Notes under the pieces: model-generated
What the model was told of the DNA's origin: nothing
Seen by the model: the letters and a program-made list of their open reading frames with translations, nothing else
Databases searched by the model: none
Assembly: GCA_963514005.1 (NCBI GenBank)
Contig: OY740787.1
Location: 30,814,001 to 30,878,000, forward strand
Length of the DNA stretch: 64,000 nucleotides
Source of the DNA: Raja brachyura
Lineage: Eukaryota
Direction of reading: 5' to 3'
Shown here: positions 63,091-64,000 of the stretch, piece by piece
Numbering within the stretch: position 1 is the stretch's first letter
Layout of the letters: every line of letters begins with the position of its first letter
Position numbers and translations under genes: made by a program

Positions 63091-63223
63091 ATCTAATCAG
63101 ATTTTAATTTTCACTAATAATACATTCTGTAGCATTCAATGCTTCTTTAGAACCAAGTAAGTCGCCTCCAGACACTGCAAATATTTTCCAATGTCTTTGT
63201 GGGATGTCAAGTGTGTGATGAAA

Positions 63224-64000
63224 TCTATATTACTAAAAGTCTGACCTTGACCACTTCCTGTTGTTCTGAATATTGTTTTTTTTTTAAACACTGCCACTTA
63301 CAGCTGTGATTTTTGGCCATCTTACTCAGAGTCCCCCTCCGCTGCGCAGGGCAAGAGGAATTTAAAAGAGTTATTAGTGTTTAAAAAATGTTGAGATTCT
63401 CCCTCCTGAAGGACATGCCCCTTCCGGAGGGACTATAAAACCCGGAAGTGTTGAGTGCCTCAGTCAGTCTCTGCAAGATGCGGGGAGCGTCACATCTCTC
63501 AGTCTGAGCTGTGAATAACACTGAACACATGTCTACTAAACTGTGAGTGGTTTTACTGACCTGTCAGTGCCCTTAATGTGGTTTGAAAATATAGTTTGGA
63601 AATGCTAAAGCTGTGTTGTCTTTGTTTTGGAAATGCTGAAGCTGTGTTGCCTAATTAAAGTTGCCTTGCCTAATTAAAGTTGCCTTGCCTAATTAAAGTT
63701 GCCTTGCCTAATTAAAGTTGCCTTGCCTAATTAAAGTTGCCTAGCCTAATTAAAGTTGCCTAGCCTAATTAAAGTTGCCTTGCCTAATTAAAGTTGCCTT
63801 GCCTAATTAAAGTTGCCTTGCCTAATAAAATTGCCTTGCCTATTAAAGTTGCCTTGCCTAATTAAAGTTGCCTTGCCTTCTATATGATTAAAAGTCTAAT
63901 CTTGACCTCTTCCTGTTTGTGCTTTATATTGAGTTTAGAAAAAACGTTACCACATATGGCTGTGATATATGGCCATCTTACTCAGTCCCCCTCCGCTCAT
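63224..64000 (+). mobile_element. 5' part of non-autonomous Helitron (family A), runs off the right edge
   Basis: Starts a|TCTATATTACTAAAAGT. Reverse-complement homologue of about 4225-4846. Confidence 0.88.
63651..63877. repeat. 19-bp minisatellite (about 12 units) inside the Helitron
   Basis: Unit ctaattaaagttgccttgc. About 3 units at the homologous site 4351-4410. Confidence 0.95.

Noticed and set aside
63651-63877. CRISPR-like array
   Set aside because: Spacer-less 19-bp tandem repeat inside a Helitron.

Overview
Vertebrate-type, repeat-dense non-coding DNA, most likely a cartilaginous fish such as a skate or ray (inferred from the HE1/V-SINE, CR1 and Penelope-tail repertoire). No host protein-coding exon could be supported. 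About 60% of the window is transposable-element sequence in two large nests. In the first (about 11.6-22.9 kb), a DIRS tyrosine-recombinase retrotransposon is split by three CR1 LINEs, and its two termini and internal complementary region are still readable. In the second (about 49.3-59.3 kb), an old CR1 holds a V-SINE, which holds an L1, which holds a Rex1, which holds another Rex1. Also present are two full-length CR1s with a Zn-finger plus SGNH-esterase ORF1, a 3'-truncated Gypsy element, five non-autonomous Helitron pieces, a TA-flanked MITE, an L2 3' end, Penelope-like GIY-YIG fragments with hammerhead-like motifs, two candidate solo LTRs and a CpG-rich promoter-like patch at about 61.6 kb. 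The most interesting signal is at the CR1 ORF1/ORF2 junction. All three copies, from two diverged families, place the slippery heptamer T-TTA-AAC in phase immediately before the ORF1 stop, followed by a G-rich tract. The -1 frame is the ORF2 frame (directly in one copy, after correcting small indels in the others), which makes it a candidate programmed -1 ribosomal frameshift in a LINE. CR1 5' UTRs also keep two CCAAT boxes exactly 31 bp apart. Boundaries were read by eye and are approximate unless a TSD or terminus is quoted.
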